A DNA stretch of 64,000 nt from positions 64,914,001-64,978,000 of the forward strand of contig OZ024743.1 in the NCBI GenBank assembly GCA_964016885.1, given 5' to 3'. A program made the position numbers and the translations under genes. This DNA is from Eledone cirrhosa. Lineage: Eukaryota. The stretch's first letter is position 1; every line of letters starts with the position of its first letter. Positions 51,040-64,000 of this stretch are shown here, one piece after another. The notes beneath the pieces were generated by a model that saw only the letters and a program-made list of their open reading frames with translations, searched no databases and was not told the origin of the DNA.

Positions 51040-52257
51040 TTAAAAATAATTCAGTTTTACATATTCTTTGAGGTTTGCTGGTAATGGAAGAGAATCGATA
51101 GAATGCAAAGATTTAGTTTGGCGAAGTCGAGTTCTGATGATTTGGCGACAAAGATGTCCCAATTTTTTAGGTTTGTTTTTGGTAAATCTCACAAATGACC
51201 AATAATCAAAAACCTCATCGATTAAATTCTGAACAATGGGACAATTTGCGAAAAGATTCTTGTAGTAAACACGGCTAGTTTTTTCGAGTGTTGCCCCCCA
51301 CATCACCAATAAACGAACTACACTCTTATAGAGATTGAGGAATTCTTCTGATGTCTGAAGAATACTTTGGTATAAATTCATGTAGTCCTCTGTTTTTTCT
51401 AGGTCTAGAGTTGCAGGCTCCACTTTATGAACATATCTCACTTCGTACATAGATAGGATACTGAGAGCAATACATAAAGGTAGCATAGATTGTTGTCGCC
51501 TTGAAGGATTGAAATTAGTTTCGAAATAGAGGGAGTTAGGTTCAGCTCCCATCGACAGCAACATTTCCATAATTCCAACGAATTTACATTGGTGTCCAAA
51601 CAATCGAAGTTGGTCTGGATTATTTTCCAAACAAATAACACCATTGTCAGTCCGTAAATACTTCACGTTGTTCCGAATCATCTTAAGACTGTGGTTAAGG
51701 GCAGTTTCTCCATTCTGGTCACACAGATTTATAAATTTGGCAGGGTAACGCCTCAGTAATCTGTCAACACAGTCCAAGTCACCTCTCATGACAGATGTAT
51801 GGAGAGGGATAAAACCACTTCCAACACTCCTCTCGCACTGGTGTTTAGAGGGGGAATGTTCTATAATTATTTCCAGGGTCTCAACATCACCAAGTTCGGC
51901 GACAAGCTGAAGTGGAGAATCACCCTTGACGTCCACAATAGATAACTGCAAGTCTTTCTTTATCATAAAATTTATAAGATCACGACCTTCCCGGAGATTT
52001 ATAGCTCCCGATTTCATCGAATCCAGAACAGTGTGAATAAGGCGCCCTTTCGATGTTGGAAGATTCGGGCTGCATCCATTTTCTAAGAATATTTTAACGA
52101 GTTCTGTATTACCTTTTTTACAAGCTACTTCCACTGGAGCAAGTGTGTTTCCAGGATTCAACGGACTCACGCTTATGTCTGTTATGAAATCATTGCAGAG
52201 CCTTCGTAAATCATCCGCATCTCCGTCCTGCACGGCACGTAGCAGCTGACCATACAT
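51040..52257 (-). CDS. Ankyrin repeat and SOCS box-containing protein (ASB-like), 405 aa, CDS uninterrupted
   Basis: Ankyrin-like repeats (APVEVACKKGNTELVKIFLENGCSPN; GDSPLQLVAELGDVETLEIII; IPLHTSVMRGDLDCVDRLL; GETALNHS). C-terminal SOCS box with BC box KLGHLCRQII and Cul5 box LPLPANLKEYV. In-frame stop upstream at 52330-52332. Likely 5'UTR acceptor near 52356. Confidence 0.85.
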   Translation of the reverse strand: MYGQLLRAVQDGDADDLRRLCNDFITDISVSPLNPGNTLAPVEVACKKGNTELVKIFLENGCSPNLPTSKGRLIHTVLDSMKSGAINLREGRDLINFMIKKDLQLSIVDVKGDSPLQLVAELGDVETLEIIIEHSPSKHQCERSVGSGFIPLHTSVMRGDLDCVDRLLRRYPAKFINLCDQNGETALNHSLKMIRNNVKYLRTDNGVICLENNPDQLRLFGHQCKFVGIMEMLLSMGAEPNSLYFETNFNPSRRQQSMLPLCIALSILSMYEVRYVHKVEPATLDLEKTEDYMNLYQSILQTSEEFLNLYKSVVRLLVMWGATLEKTSRVYYKNLFANCPIVQNLIDEVFDYWSFVRFTKNKPKKLGHLCRQIIRTRLRQTKSLHSIDSLPLPANLKEYVKLNYF

Positions 52258-55200
52258 TTTTGGTTCTAGAGAACCAACCGTTTGTTGTCTCCCTCCCTGC
52301 TTGTTGTAGGAAGGAATCTTGTCTGGAGACTAGTAGTGGGTTTGGTGGTAATCAGCTAAAATAGCAAATTTTACTTGCTGCTTAAAACAACCATAATATA
52401 AACATTAAGTGGCTGTCAGCCGCTGCTATAATAAACTTCTCAACTGCTTGTTATTATTATTATTGTTCATTATTAAGAGTTAATTACAAGCCGCTAACCA
52501 ATATCAAAATAAAAAAACTATACAAATTGAATTGTACCCGAACCGAACAGCTTTCCTTCAAAGTCATCGGAAAGTATGTGGAAGTGAAGGAATTAGCTTC
52601 GGCAGAAACTTTTCTTCTGTACATTTTCATGGTTTTATCCTTTTTTTTTCTATTTTCTTCTTATTTCTTTTTTCACCTCTGGAATATTCATGCGTCTGAC
52701 AGATAGAGAAACATTACCTCCGTCTAACATATACTTTTACATATTTCTGCTGTGTAGAAATTAATTAACACAGTTAATAGTTTCTGGTCATACTTTCGTA
52801 TTTTTATCACAGAGCCATTGATGTGAATATATATATATATATATATGTGTATGTGTGTGTGTATACTATATATATATATTGTGTGTGTATTTTATGTCTA
52901 TTATATAAATATATAAAATATATATGTGTGTATGTATATATAATATCACAGAGCCATGGATGTTTTTATATATACATGTGTGTGTGTACTATATATTTAT
53001 AATATCACAGATCCATTGATGTGAATATTTATGTGTGTGTGTACTATATATATATATGTATAGGCAACCGGACCCGCTTATGAATCGAGTGCTCAAAGTG
53101 GTGAACCAATAATAACGTAGTTACATACCAATAAACTATATATTATATAACAGCCATTGCTGTTCATATATATATCTATATATATCATAGAGTTATTGAT
53201 AATCAGATATGTGTGTGTGTATTATTGATATCTTAGATAAACTTCGAAGAAAAGTAATTTATGTCTTATAAAGGTTAAGAAGAAAAAATATCTTACGAAA
53301 AACAATAAAAAATCGGAGAACGTTGCTTCGTGTCGAGAAGAAATTTTTTTAAAATAACATCAGCAAAACTGTATTTCCTTTTCACATGTGTTTAGGGATT
53401 CGAGCCCGAATATATATACTCTTTTACCTGTTCGAGCCATCCGGCTGAGGCCATATATATATTTTTTCCCGTCGAGGATAGCTTTACCTTTTACCTTTAC
53501 TAGGTCGATAAAATAAAGTACCAGTAACGTACTGAGGTCGATTTAATTAACTTTCCCTTCCCCAAAAATTGTTGGCCTTGTGCCTAAATCAGAAACTATT
53601 ATTTTCGTGAGGGCAAGGGATATAGGGCGGAAATATAATATTTATATGCCTTTTCCCATAATCATCAGGGAATAGACTATCTATCTAATATATTATATAA
53701 ATATGGGTTGGGGGGGATCGGTCCCAGATAGATATCGAAACCCAAATAAGGATTATCCAGTTCGCCAATATTTTTTTTTCATTTAACAACTATACCACCT
53801 TTTATTTTCTCTCTCGCTTCGATCATATATTTTTGTGCATTATATTTATAAAGTTCCTAGCAATAATTAATTGTATTTATTATGTCTATATTCTCATTCT
53901 GTAAGAAGTATTCATTAAGTATTGTATATATTATTGTTTATATTTTCATTCTAATGGAAATGTCTGTAACAGAACAATTTCCTCAATATTCTCTGATCAA
54001 AATAAAGATTATATACTCCATATTTACATATATAAACATACAAACACACACACGCATCTATTTATCTATGAATGCAGACAACTAGAATCAAATCAGTAAT
54101 TTAATTAAAACTACTGTTTTAAATCATATTTTCTAAAACTAGACACCAACATTTAGATAGATTTAATTTCTAATTTAGGCACAAGGCAAGCAATTAGAGG
54201 AGGGGATCCCCTCTCCCCAGTACTTAAGTGGTACTTTACTATGGGAAGGATGAAAGACAAAGTTGACCTCGGTAGGCTTTGAACTAAGTGCCTCAAAGCA
54301 TTTTGTCCGATACTCTAACTAATCTATCAATCTGCCGCCCTGACAATAATAATAATAGTAGTAATAAAACAATAATAAATTGTTGCAGAGCCAAAATGAT
54401 GTCGATGTTGTGTAAAACGGAAGTGGATGTTTCTACAAGTAAATGTAAGCTTTAATCTTTGGCAAATAACTAACCATCGACAAACATTTCTATCGAAAGC
54501 TAACAATAATAACAAAAAAATAAAGTAAGAAATCGATGTTTATATAATAGATGGCGATGACACGAGAGTTATCTCATTTTGTTATCACACTGATATTGAA
54601 AAAATACATTAAAATAAATCAATTCCCTCCGAGCAGCTTTCCTAATTAATATTTTCGTCTCGTCTTAGGCGATTTTGTCGTTCTAATTTAAATAAACAAC
54701 AATCATTTTTTTTTTATGAATAACACTACCACATCCGCCAGTATCCATTCATTTATTTGGATTCTATTAAACACACATATGGCAACGAATTGGCCGAGTC
54801 GTTAGAACGTCGGACAGAATACTTTGTGGTATTCATTCCGGCTTTCTTCTCCGTGAGTTCAAATCCTGCCGAGGTCGATTGAAAACAGTACCAGACTAAT
54901 ATTAGGGTCGATTCTTTCTCTATATCTCTTTCTCTCACTTTCTATCCTGCTCTGGATAGGGATCGGCTCCGCCAGGCTTTAAAAAACGCCATTACAACGC
55001 CCCTAACTCCCTCAGGAGTCACAGAGCCATACACATAAACGCACACACGGTGGGAAATCACTGAAATATTGACGCGGGGAATATGGGTGTAGGCTATTTC
55101 GTGGGACTCGAATGATGTTACTGATTTGCTTAGCCTTCAGGTCAAATCTGATAAAACTGACTTATAAAAGGCGTGTGGCTTAGTGGTTAGGGTGTTAGTT

Positions 55201-56479
55201 TTACGATCATAATGTCATGGGGTCGATTTCTGGACCACGTTTTTGAACAAAATACTCCATTTCACGTTGCGTGGGTACACTCAGCTAAAGATGAGTATCA
55301 ACAGTAGATGGGTTGGGGTTAAACTTGCGATAGACTGACAACCTGTCCAGTCGGTTAAGATGGATAAACACCAGCCTGATGGCTTGAGACAGTGGTGGTA
55401 AGAAACTCTCAAGAGAGCTGGACAGCAGAAGGTCTTCAAAGAAGAAACCCTCCTCAAGCAAGTGTTTTGGCCCTAACTAATGATCAAACTCTTTCCATTC
55501 ATGACAATTCCGTCTTTATGTTTTGGGGGCATAAAGTATCTAGGACCATGTTATCTAATGTCTTTTCCTTCTTTTTAAAGATGGTACAAAATGTAATTTG
55601 AACAAGACATAACTGTTACTTCTAGCAGATCGAGTGAGTTCTTAACTACTCCCCCATTGTGCTGGAGTGAGGGGCAGTTGATTAAATCCTAATTTCAGCC
55701 AGATCTTTTAGAGTAAATTATTATGGGTGGATTGGCAGTATCGGAAGAGGGTCTGACGCCATGCTTTGCAGCAAAGAGTTATGGCCCTTTATGGTCTGAG
55801 TTCAAATCCCGCCGAGGTTAACTTTGCCTTTCATCATTACGGGGTCGATAAAATAAAGCACCAGTAATACACTGGGATAATTGCTGGCCTTGTGCCAAAA
55901 GTAAAAACAATTATGGTTGTCATTCTCATTGATACAGCAATCGTTGCTATTATTGTTTAACCACAGGTCAGCCCTGATCGAGCAGAATTATGATTGAAAA
56001 CAATTCATTAGCAGACCTGTCAACTCTCCCCGTCCAATGGGGACATCTCACACCCACTTTGCGGTGGGTGAGAGATGTCTTCTCTTGTGAAAATGGCTAT
56101 AGCTTTCATTATGTAAATCTCCCCATTTTGCCTCATTTCTCCCTGTTTTGGGACACTTTTCTTCATGGTACTCCCCATTTCAGTTTGTAGAATTTGGCAG
56201 GTCTGCAGTAGAGACTTTCTTTTAGGCATTGTGTACCTTGGACTACAATGTATCTTTTTTAAGGTGTGATTTGAGGGAGATTTGGCTACTGTTTGTTGGA
56301 GGTTGTATGACCATGTTGGGGCCTACACGTTAGCTCAGATAGAAATCTTCTTACAAATATATTAAGTTTCTTAGTGTTTATATGAACTCTCAGCTCATTA
56401 CATTTGAGTTATATGTGTACACTGTCGGGGTTTGTATCTTTATGGCAGCAATGATTGAGTATCGTTTCTCATATTGTTT

Positions 56480-56815
56480 CTAAAATGTGCACATATACAT
56501 TTCCGAGATCCATGGACGAGTTATCTCCAGTGGTCTCTGTCCCTCATTATCGCTGCCATGTCCTGCATCTCCAAGAGATCAGTGTTTGTCCTTAGGACAT
56601 CAACATATGTTAACCTCGGTCTTCCTCTTCTAGTGTGTCCATGCAGGGGCTTCCACAGGAGCACTGAGTGGAGTGTCAACTTTGGATGTCGGTGAACATG
56701 TCCAGCTAACCTCAGTCTCCTCTGTGCCACTCTCGAGCTGACTTTTGGGAGGTTCCCGTACAGCTCTGAGTTCTTCATCCTCAGTGTATACTGATTAATG
56801 TTCAGAGCCATGAAT
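56480..56815 (-). mobile_element. RTE-like LINE 3' fragment (different family)
   Basis: NSELYGNLPKVSSRVAQRRLRLAGHVHRH...LLWKP.HG..RRGRPRLTYVD. Confidence 0.65.
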
Positions 56816-56892
56816 CTATATCTATATCTTTGTATATGCTGTTATTACATGCTAAACCTTTGGAATGTTTTACATATTTTTAGAGTTCCATC

Positions 56893-57575
56893 AGGTCTGA
56901 ATTATACATTGTCTTTTTTTACTTCTTTTTTTTTATTTTTATTAGAGACTAGGTAGTAATTTAAGGGAGCAGGTCAAGCAACTGCATAAAGGGCCCCTGG
57001 TGGAATTCTAAAAACATGTAAAACGTTCCAAAGGCTAAACATGAAATAACAGCATATACACACGGTTGGATTTAGACCTTGGGGGCCCTGGAGCACTTCA
57101 GGTTTCGGGGGCCCCTCATACACAAAAAATAAGAATACACAGCAAACCCATCCCCTCCCCCCACCCCAATTTTATATATCAATGTTAGCTTGGTGCAAAT
57201 AATGGAATTGAAAAGTTATGCATACAGGTATTAAATTTTCAAAAATTCAAAACTTCTAACTATTCTAAAACTAAAAAGCCCAGCTGAGGGCACAAATAAA
57301 TGTCAATGCCCCCCCCCCCCCCCCCCCCCATTAAATCTGGCCCTGCATATACAAACATATAGAAACAGTGGTAAGAAACTCTGCTGTCCAGCTTACCACT
57401 ATTTCTATATCTATATGTTTGTATATTCTGTTGTAACACACTAAGCCTTTGGAATGTTTTACATATTTTCAGAGTTCCATCAGGGACCCTTTATGTGGTC
57501 ACTTGACATGTTCCCTGAAATCACTACCTACTCTCTAGTAAAAAAGTAGTAAAAGACAATGGATAATTCAGACCT
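56893..57575. repeat. Long inverted repeat (fold-back), ~185-bp arms, 16-nt loop
   Basis: Left arm 56893-57375 (minus the MITE) is the diverged reverse complement of 57392-57575. A third, direct partial copy lies at ~56815-56895. Confidence 0.75.
57061..57345. mobile_element. hAT-type MITE
   Basis: Imperfect TIRs CACGGTTGGATTTA...TAAATCTGGCCCTG with exact 8-bp TSD CATATACA (57053-60 / 57346-53). Confidence 0.85.
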
Positions 57576-57874
57576 CTACATGAAAACAAAAAAATGAAAA
57601 AGAGAGTGACAACAACTAGAATAAAAATAAAAATACTACAGCCACCGCTTAGAATTAAGTATGACTTAGTAGCATGTACCATGCTCTTTCACTAAAGATT
57701 TTAAGTGTCCTTGAATGCACAAGCAGACACAGACAACTTCTCAAATCTTTCTCTTTTGATCTAGTGGAACAGCCAAGAGGTGACAGGTAGAAGGAAAGAG
57801 GGCTGTATCAGTACAGGGCTGTTATTTTCTTTATCGAGCCCAAAAGGATGAATGTGAACGTTGGTGAGTTTTTG

Positions 57875-58880
57875 TAAAGTGGTTGTGTAGGTGTCACGAC
57901 AAAAAGCACCCATCCCACACGGCAAAGTGGTGTAGGTATCACAACAAAAAGCACCCATCACACACTGTAAAGTGGTCGTATAAGAGTCACAACAAAAAGC
58001 ACCCATCCCACACTGCAAAGTGGTGTAGGTATCACAACAAAAAGCACCCATCACACACTGTAAAGTGGTCGTATAAGAGTCACAACAAAAAGCACCCAGC
58101 AGACACTGTAAAGTTGTTGTGTAGGTATCACAACAAAAATCACTCAGCCCTCACTGTAAAGTGGTCGTATAGGTGTCACAACAAAAAGCACCCACCCCAC
58201 ACTGTAAAGTGGTGTAGGTGTCACAACAAAAAGCACCCATCACATGCTGTAAAGTGGTCGTATAAGATTCACATCAAAAAGCACCCAGCCCACACTGTAA
58301 AGTGGTTGTGTAGGTGTCATGACAAAAAGCACTCAGCAGACACTATAAAGTGGTTGTGTAGGTGTGACAACAAAAAGCACCCAGTCCACACTGTAAAGTG
58401 GTGTAGGTGTCACAGCAAAAAGCACCCATCACATACTGTAAAGTGGTTGTGTAGATGTCACAACAAAAAGCACCCAGCCCTAACTGTAAAGTGGTCTTGT
58501 AGGTGTCACAGCAAAAAGCACCCATCACATACTGTAAAGTGGTTGTGTAGATGTCACAACAAAAAGCACCCAGCCCTAACTGTAAAGTGGTGTAGGTGTC
58601 ACAGCAAAAAGCACCCATCACATACTGTAAAGTGGTTGTGTAGATGTCACAACAAAAAGCACCCAGCCCTAACTGTAAAGTGGTCTTGTAGGTGTCACAA
58701 CAAAAAGCACCCAGCCCTCTCTGTAAATGCAGTTGGCATTATGAAGGGCATCCAGCTGTAGGAACCTAGCCAGAAACAGTTCTATATGAGCTGTACATAG
58801 TCGCCTAACCCAACTTGCCTCTAATGAGACAAAATATCTAACTCATGATAGCGTGGAAAATGGACATTAAATGATGATGA
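57875..58880 (+). repeat. 48-bp minisatellite (~18 units) followed by an RTE 3' tail
   Basis: Unit AAAAAGCACCCAGCCCACACTGTAAAGTGGTCTTGTAGGTGTCACAAC, then GTTGGCATTATGAAGGGCATCCAGCTGTAG...GGACATTAAATGATGATGA. Confidence 0.9.
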
Positions 58881-59068
58881 ATGCTGAAACATGGAATAAA
58901 TATCCAATGCTCTAACAATTTTGCCAAATCAATTACCTTGGTAACAACTAGAACATCCTTGATTATATAGCTCTGTTTAATCAAAACAATTCATTTTGTT
59001 GATTCCATAGCTGTTTTAGTTTGTTGTATTTTATTTGGTAGGTCTGGAGGAGAATCTAAATACCAGCT

Positions 59069-59166
59069 CTCTTCTTCTTCTTCTTCTTCTTCTTCTTCTT
59101 CTTCTTCTTCTTCTTCTTCTTCTTCTTTTTTTTCTTCTTCTTCTTCTTCTTCTTCTTCTTCTTCTT

Positions 59167-59196
<30 letters not shown>
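59069..59196. repeat. (CTT)n microsatellite
   Basis: About 40 CTT units with one T-run interruption. Source of the poly-L and poly-K spurious ORFs. Confidence 0.97.
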
Positions 59197-59197
<1 letters not shown>

Positions 59198-61499
59198 GAA
59201 TAGGTATCAGTATTTATTTTCTTGTAACAATATTGAAGTATCCCAGACATGGGATGAGAAGTGACAAAAGGTCCTGTTGAAGACGAATTAGGGAGGTTGC
59301 TGTTATTTAACCCCAAGTCAGACATGATTAAACAAACCTATAACAAAAAGCACCCAGCCCACATTGTAAAGTGGTTGTGTTGTTATCACAACAAAAAGCA
59401 CCCAGCCCACACTGTAAAGTGGTTGTGTTGCTATCACAACAAAAAGCACCCAGCCCACACTGTAAAGTGGTTGTGTTGCTATCAAAACAAAAAGCACCCA
59501 GTACTCACTGTAAATGTGATTGGCATTAGGAAGAGCATCCAGCTGTAGAAACCAAACCAGAAACAGTTCTATATGAGAAAGACATGGTCACCTGACCTGG
59601 CATTTCTCACAACAGGACAACTCGTCTAACCCATGCTGGTGTGGAAAAATGGTCGTAATGATGATGATGATGAAAATGTATTGCAGTCATAACTTCTGCA
59701 TAACTTCTGTTTCCAGAGCATATGAGTAAGATGTGGTCACCTGACCTACCTCACCTCATGTGACAACCCCTCTAACTTACGCAAACATGGAAAATAGATG
59801 TTAAATGGTGATGATGATGATGATGATGTGTCATGACAAACACACATGGCTCACTCTTATCAAAGTAGTTGTTGGTAAAAAGAGCATTCATCTTTCAAAA
59901 ACATTTTGTTTATAAAATTAACATGTTGTGCTGCTTTTCCATATTGTAAAAGCAGTCATTGATGGGAAAACAGTTTTATAGATCTTCTTTTGTGATGATT
60001 AATATCAGAACAGTTGTTATTGATAAATAGATGAATGAATAAAGAAATAGATTAATACTTTATCTAATTGACAGTCATTAAATATATGGATTGGCAGTAT
60101 CAGTAGAGCGTCAGACACCATGCTTTGCAGAATAGAGTTATGGCCCTTTACGTTCAGAGTTCAAATCCTGCCGAGATTAACTTTGCCTTTCATCCTTATG
60201 AAATCGATAAAGTAATGCACTGGGGTAATTGCTGGCCTTGTGCCAAAAGTAGAAACAAATTTAATTGATATTACATTTGATAAATTTAATTGATATTACA
60301 TAAATAATAGTTTCTGATTTAGGCACAGGGCCAACAATTTCGGCGGAGGGGTAAGTCGATAAAATCAACCCTCTGTGCATTACTGGTACTTTATTTTATC
60401 GAACCCATAAAGATAAAAGGCAAAGCTAACCTTGGCAAGATTTGAATTCAGAACGTAAAGAGATGTAACTTGTGTATGCTGCAAATCATGTTGTCGGACG
60501 CTCTACCGACATTGCCAATCTACCACCTTTACAAATAAATAATGAAAAATTCTAGTTATGAAATCATCCTCATCACTGTTATCATCATGTGACTTCCTTC
60601 TACTGACATTTCCTGGCACTTCTTCACAAAGCAATCATTGTCCATGTGCATCACATGTCTTTTACCAAAATAGTCATCTCTCCTGCACACTACCTCTGCC
60701 CAAAACTTTCTTGGTTTACCTCTACTGCGGCTTCCTTTCACAGACATTTCCTGGCACTTCTTCACCCATCAATCATCATCCATTTGCAACACATGATAAT
60801 AAATTAGTATTATGGGTGGTGAAATATATTTCCCTAATGAGTGGAGCAGTGACATCAATAATAACAATAATAATATTGAATGCATTGAATTTTGGAGTCC
60901 AGGATTGGTGTGCCATATTTCCCAAGATTACTGGATATATGAACAATCATACAGACTGGGAAATTTGTGTTTTGTTACCTAATTTTTTATGATATTTTAT
61001 TTATTTACTTCTCTCAGGTCTTGAATAATCGCCTAGATAATTTTCACTAGGGTTAGGATATTCCAATGAGAAACGCAACCTTTGACCTCCAAGACGCATG
61101 GTAGAATTTCAAGACTTATTTTAGAAAAAAAATAGCATCTTCGATGCCAGGAAATGTATTAATAGCTTGCTCAAGAAAAACCCTATAATTTGTATTGATT
61201 ACTGACATGTGGAAGTGATTAAAAATAAAAATGATACTTTAATAATTTATTTCTAAGCGCCGGCTGGCAAGAGGCGAAGCTCCCAGCAAGGTTCAGTGGA
61301 TCTGATTCTACTGGTCTACTTTTCCTCAATCTCCTCCAGTCGCACTCTTATTAGCAAGGTCCTCAACAAGACGGTCGAACCTGATGTAGCTCCAGAATTT
61401 GAGCAGGCTCTGGCCGACTGGACAGGCAAAGTCCCCCAGTATATAAATGTCCAATGTAACTGCGTCGACATTAAATGCATGTCTTCTTTCAGGCTGATC

Positions 61500-62000
61500 G
61501 AGTCTGGCTTGGACCAACTCCTGCCTCTGCTCCGCTTCACAGCCAAACAGCAGCACATGGCTCAATTCAGTGCCCTCCTCATCAACTGGTACCCTTCTTG
61601 ATGACGAATGCACTCGCATTGGAGTGGCCCAACACCTTGACCTCTACATGTGTGAGCCACATAAATGCCATTGCCGGACGGGCATTGACAAGTTTAGCCT
61701 ACACCAACAGTCTTGCCACCAGAGCATAGGTTGGTTCCCCGACAAGTCACTCTGAACAACATATCGAGAAGAAGCCTGGATGCAGCAGGCTTCCCATCAC
61801 AACTGGAGCCAGCAGGCCTTGATCGCAGAGACAGCAAGTCGAGACCTCAGACATAGTTGGACCCTGTACTGCTGCGCTCCTCCACAAGATCGGAATGTCA
61901 GTAGTCCATCTGCGGAAGGAGCCCCATGAGGAGGGGTAGTTGTTGCAGCGGGTGTTGCTGGCTATTGTCTGTGGGAATGCTTTGTGGATTTCTCCGCGGG
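61500..62000 (+). mobile_element. Decayed CRE-like non-LTR element (zinc knuckle/RLE region)
   Basis: GTLLDDECTRIGVAQHLDL..CEPHKCHC...H..SC, then LNN..RRSLDAAGFPSQLEPAGLDR and LQRVLLAIVCGNA. Confidence 0.6.
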
Positions 62001-64000
62001 GCGCAGCCCTAACACCGCTGCACCCTAGGCCTAAAGCTCATCACCCTCCCGCTTCCATTCTTCTCTGACCCTAGAGCTCTTGCCTTTTCCTTCCTTTTCT
62101 GTTTTTAATTATTTTGAATTTGTAGCAGATACATATTCAATCTATTTCTATTGTAATTTTATCTCTTTCAATAAATTATATATTACGTCATAAAAAAACA
62201 TTACATAGATGTTCACCATATATGTACAAATGGCATACAGGATTAAATGTATGAGTAACTTAAGAAAAATAACAATTTACTGGGACAATGGCATTTGTCG
62301 TCCTTTCCTTTCCTATACAGCCAGATCTGCCTCTCTTTATCCCTTCCCCTTTTTTCATTACTTGATTTTGTTTTTATCCTTTTATTAATATTTCCATCAT
62401 TGTATAACTTTTGTTCAATAAATACAAGGATTTAAAATATGAAAAAAAAGAAAAATAACTTTTTATTGTTGTAACATGACAGATAGGAAATGAAGAGTGT
62501 AAGTGCATGTGTCTGTGAGTGTGTTTACATGTGTGTGTTACAAACACATATATATATATATATATCATCATCATCATTGTTTAACATCCATTTTCCACGT
62601 TAACATGGGTTAGACAGGTTCTCCCATTAGAGGCAAGTCGTGTGACTGTGTCTTGTTCATATAGAACTGTTTCTGGTTAGGTTCCTAACACCAACCACGT
62701 TTACAGTGCGTGTTGGGTGCTTTTTATCATGACACCTACATGACCACATTTACAGTGTGTGCTAAGTGCTTTTTGTTGTGACTCCTACACGACCACTTTA
62801 CGGTGTGTACTGGGTGCCTTTTGTCATGACACCGACACAACCACTTTACAGTGTGCGCTGGGTGCTTTTTGTCATGACACCTACGCAACCACTTTACAAT
62901 GTGTACTGGGGGCTTTTTCTCGTAATACCTACAAGACCACTTTACTGTGAGAGCTGGACACTTTTTGTCATGACACCTACATGACCACTTTACTGTGAGG
63001 GCTAGACACTTTTTGTCATGACACCTACAAGACCACTTTACAGTGTGGGCTAGACACTTTGTCATGACACCTACACAATCACTTTACTGCATTGGCTGGA
63101 CCCTTTATATATGTATATGTATTATTGGGGTCCATTAACAATAAGACAATTCAGATAGGAACTGCATTGTATGTGTATGTAAATTTTAAAGAGTTACAAA
63201 CAGAGATACAAAGCTTGGTTAGCAGCAGCACTGTAGAACCAAAGGGAGCGTTTGCTGTTCCATGCGACATTCCTTCTTCAGGAAAAGCTAGTGAATTGAA
63301 AAGAAGACTTATCTCTGGTCTACTTAATGATATGGAAATAGGATTTGAGGCATTTCCCCATAAGTTAAAATTCTGAAGAGTTTTTAAAGTGGTCTGGTAC
63401 TTGTGTCTGATGTAATGGAAGAGGATATGACCACAACCTTTCATCACAGATACTATTCCAGATTATTTGATATTTTTATTATTTTTTTATCATGTAGAGG
63501 TATGTGGCCTAGTGGTAAGGGTGTTGGAGTTATTCTCATAATGTTGTGGGTTCGATTTCTGGGTTGGGTTGCATATTGTTTTCTTGAGAAAAACACTTCA
63601 CTTCATGTTGCTCCAGTATACTCAGCTGAAAATGAGTACCAGCAATAGCTGGGGGTTTAACCCTGCAATGAACTGACATCCTGTCCAAGGGGGAGTCTAG
63701 TACTCTCAGTCACTTCACACCACAAAACCGGCCTGATGAGCCTGCAGGCTTGAGACAGGTTTTAAGAAAGACACAGTAGAGGAAGACCACAAAAAACATG
63801 GGTGGAGGTGGTGAGAGCTGACCTCAGATTGCTGAAGTTCACGGAGGAGATGATGAAGGACCATGATGAATGGAGGGATCTGTGCTGAAAAGGACCCATC
63901 CCACCCTTGCAAGCAAGGAAAAGCGGATGTAAAATGATGATGATCATGATGATGATGACTTCCTATCATGTAGAATAAAATACCATCATCAGCATCATCA

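Noticed and set aside
53600-53675. Minus-strand CTGATGA...CGAAA hairpin
   Set aside because: Helix III and cleavage site are missing (SINE adjacent); too incomplete to call.
57883-58761. 292-aa Cys/His/Lys-rich ORF (also 41071-41475, 59261-59548, 62736-63065)
   Set aside because: Translation of the 48-bp RTE-UTR minisatellite; no splice or domain support.
59035-59325. Poly-L and poly-K ORFs, and YI/TH-repeat ORFs elsewhere
   Set aside because: Microsatellite translations.
63725-63762. CTGATGAGCCTGCAGGCTTGAGAC as a hammerhead
   Set aside because: No GAAA in register; it is the LINE-derived stem-loop tail of a SINE.

Overview
AT-rich, repeat-dense eukaryotic DNA. The SINE/RTE/Penelope repertoire and (TA)n/(CA)n microsatellites point to a cephalopod, most likely Octopus (inference). 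Two host genes are supported. One is a 5-coding-exon mitochondrial ornithine carrier (SLC25A15/ORNT1-like; + strand; 23673-23748, 30152-30539, 31711-31883, 32805-32966, 38474-38604; 309 aa, all GT-AG and phase-consistent). The other is an ankyrin-repeat/SOCS-box protein with an uninterrupted CDS (- strand, 51040-52257). The rest is transposon debris: RTE, L1/Tx1, CR1, CRE and Vingi-like LINEs, a DD37D (maT) deletion derivative, hAT/piggyBac/mariner MITEs, two tRNA-SINE families and Penelope-like elements. Three things stand out. (i) About six hammerhead-ribozyme motifs in Penelope-like LTR remnants, one nearly intact (19938-20015, -) and one in sense orientation inside an SLC25A15 intron. (ii) A 1.7-kb 35-bp satellite that continues directly out of a Penelope endonuclease ORF at its 5' truncation point. 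(iii) A second, unrelated 35-bp satellite carrying TTAGGG, plus variable-copy 48-bp arrays in RTE 3' UTRs, which suggests retroelement-seeded tandem arrays. Family names come from recalled motifs, not from database searches.
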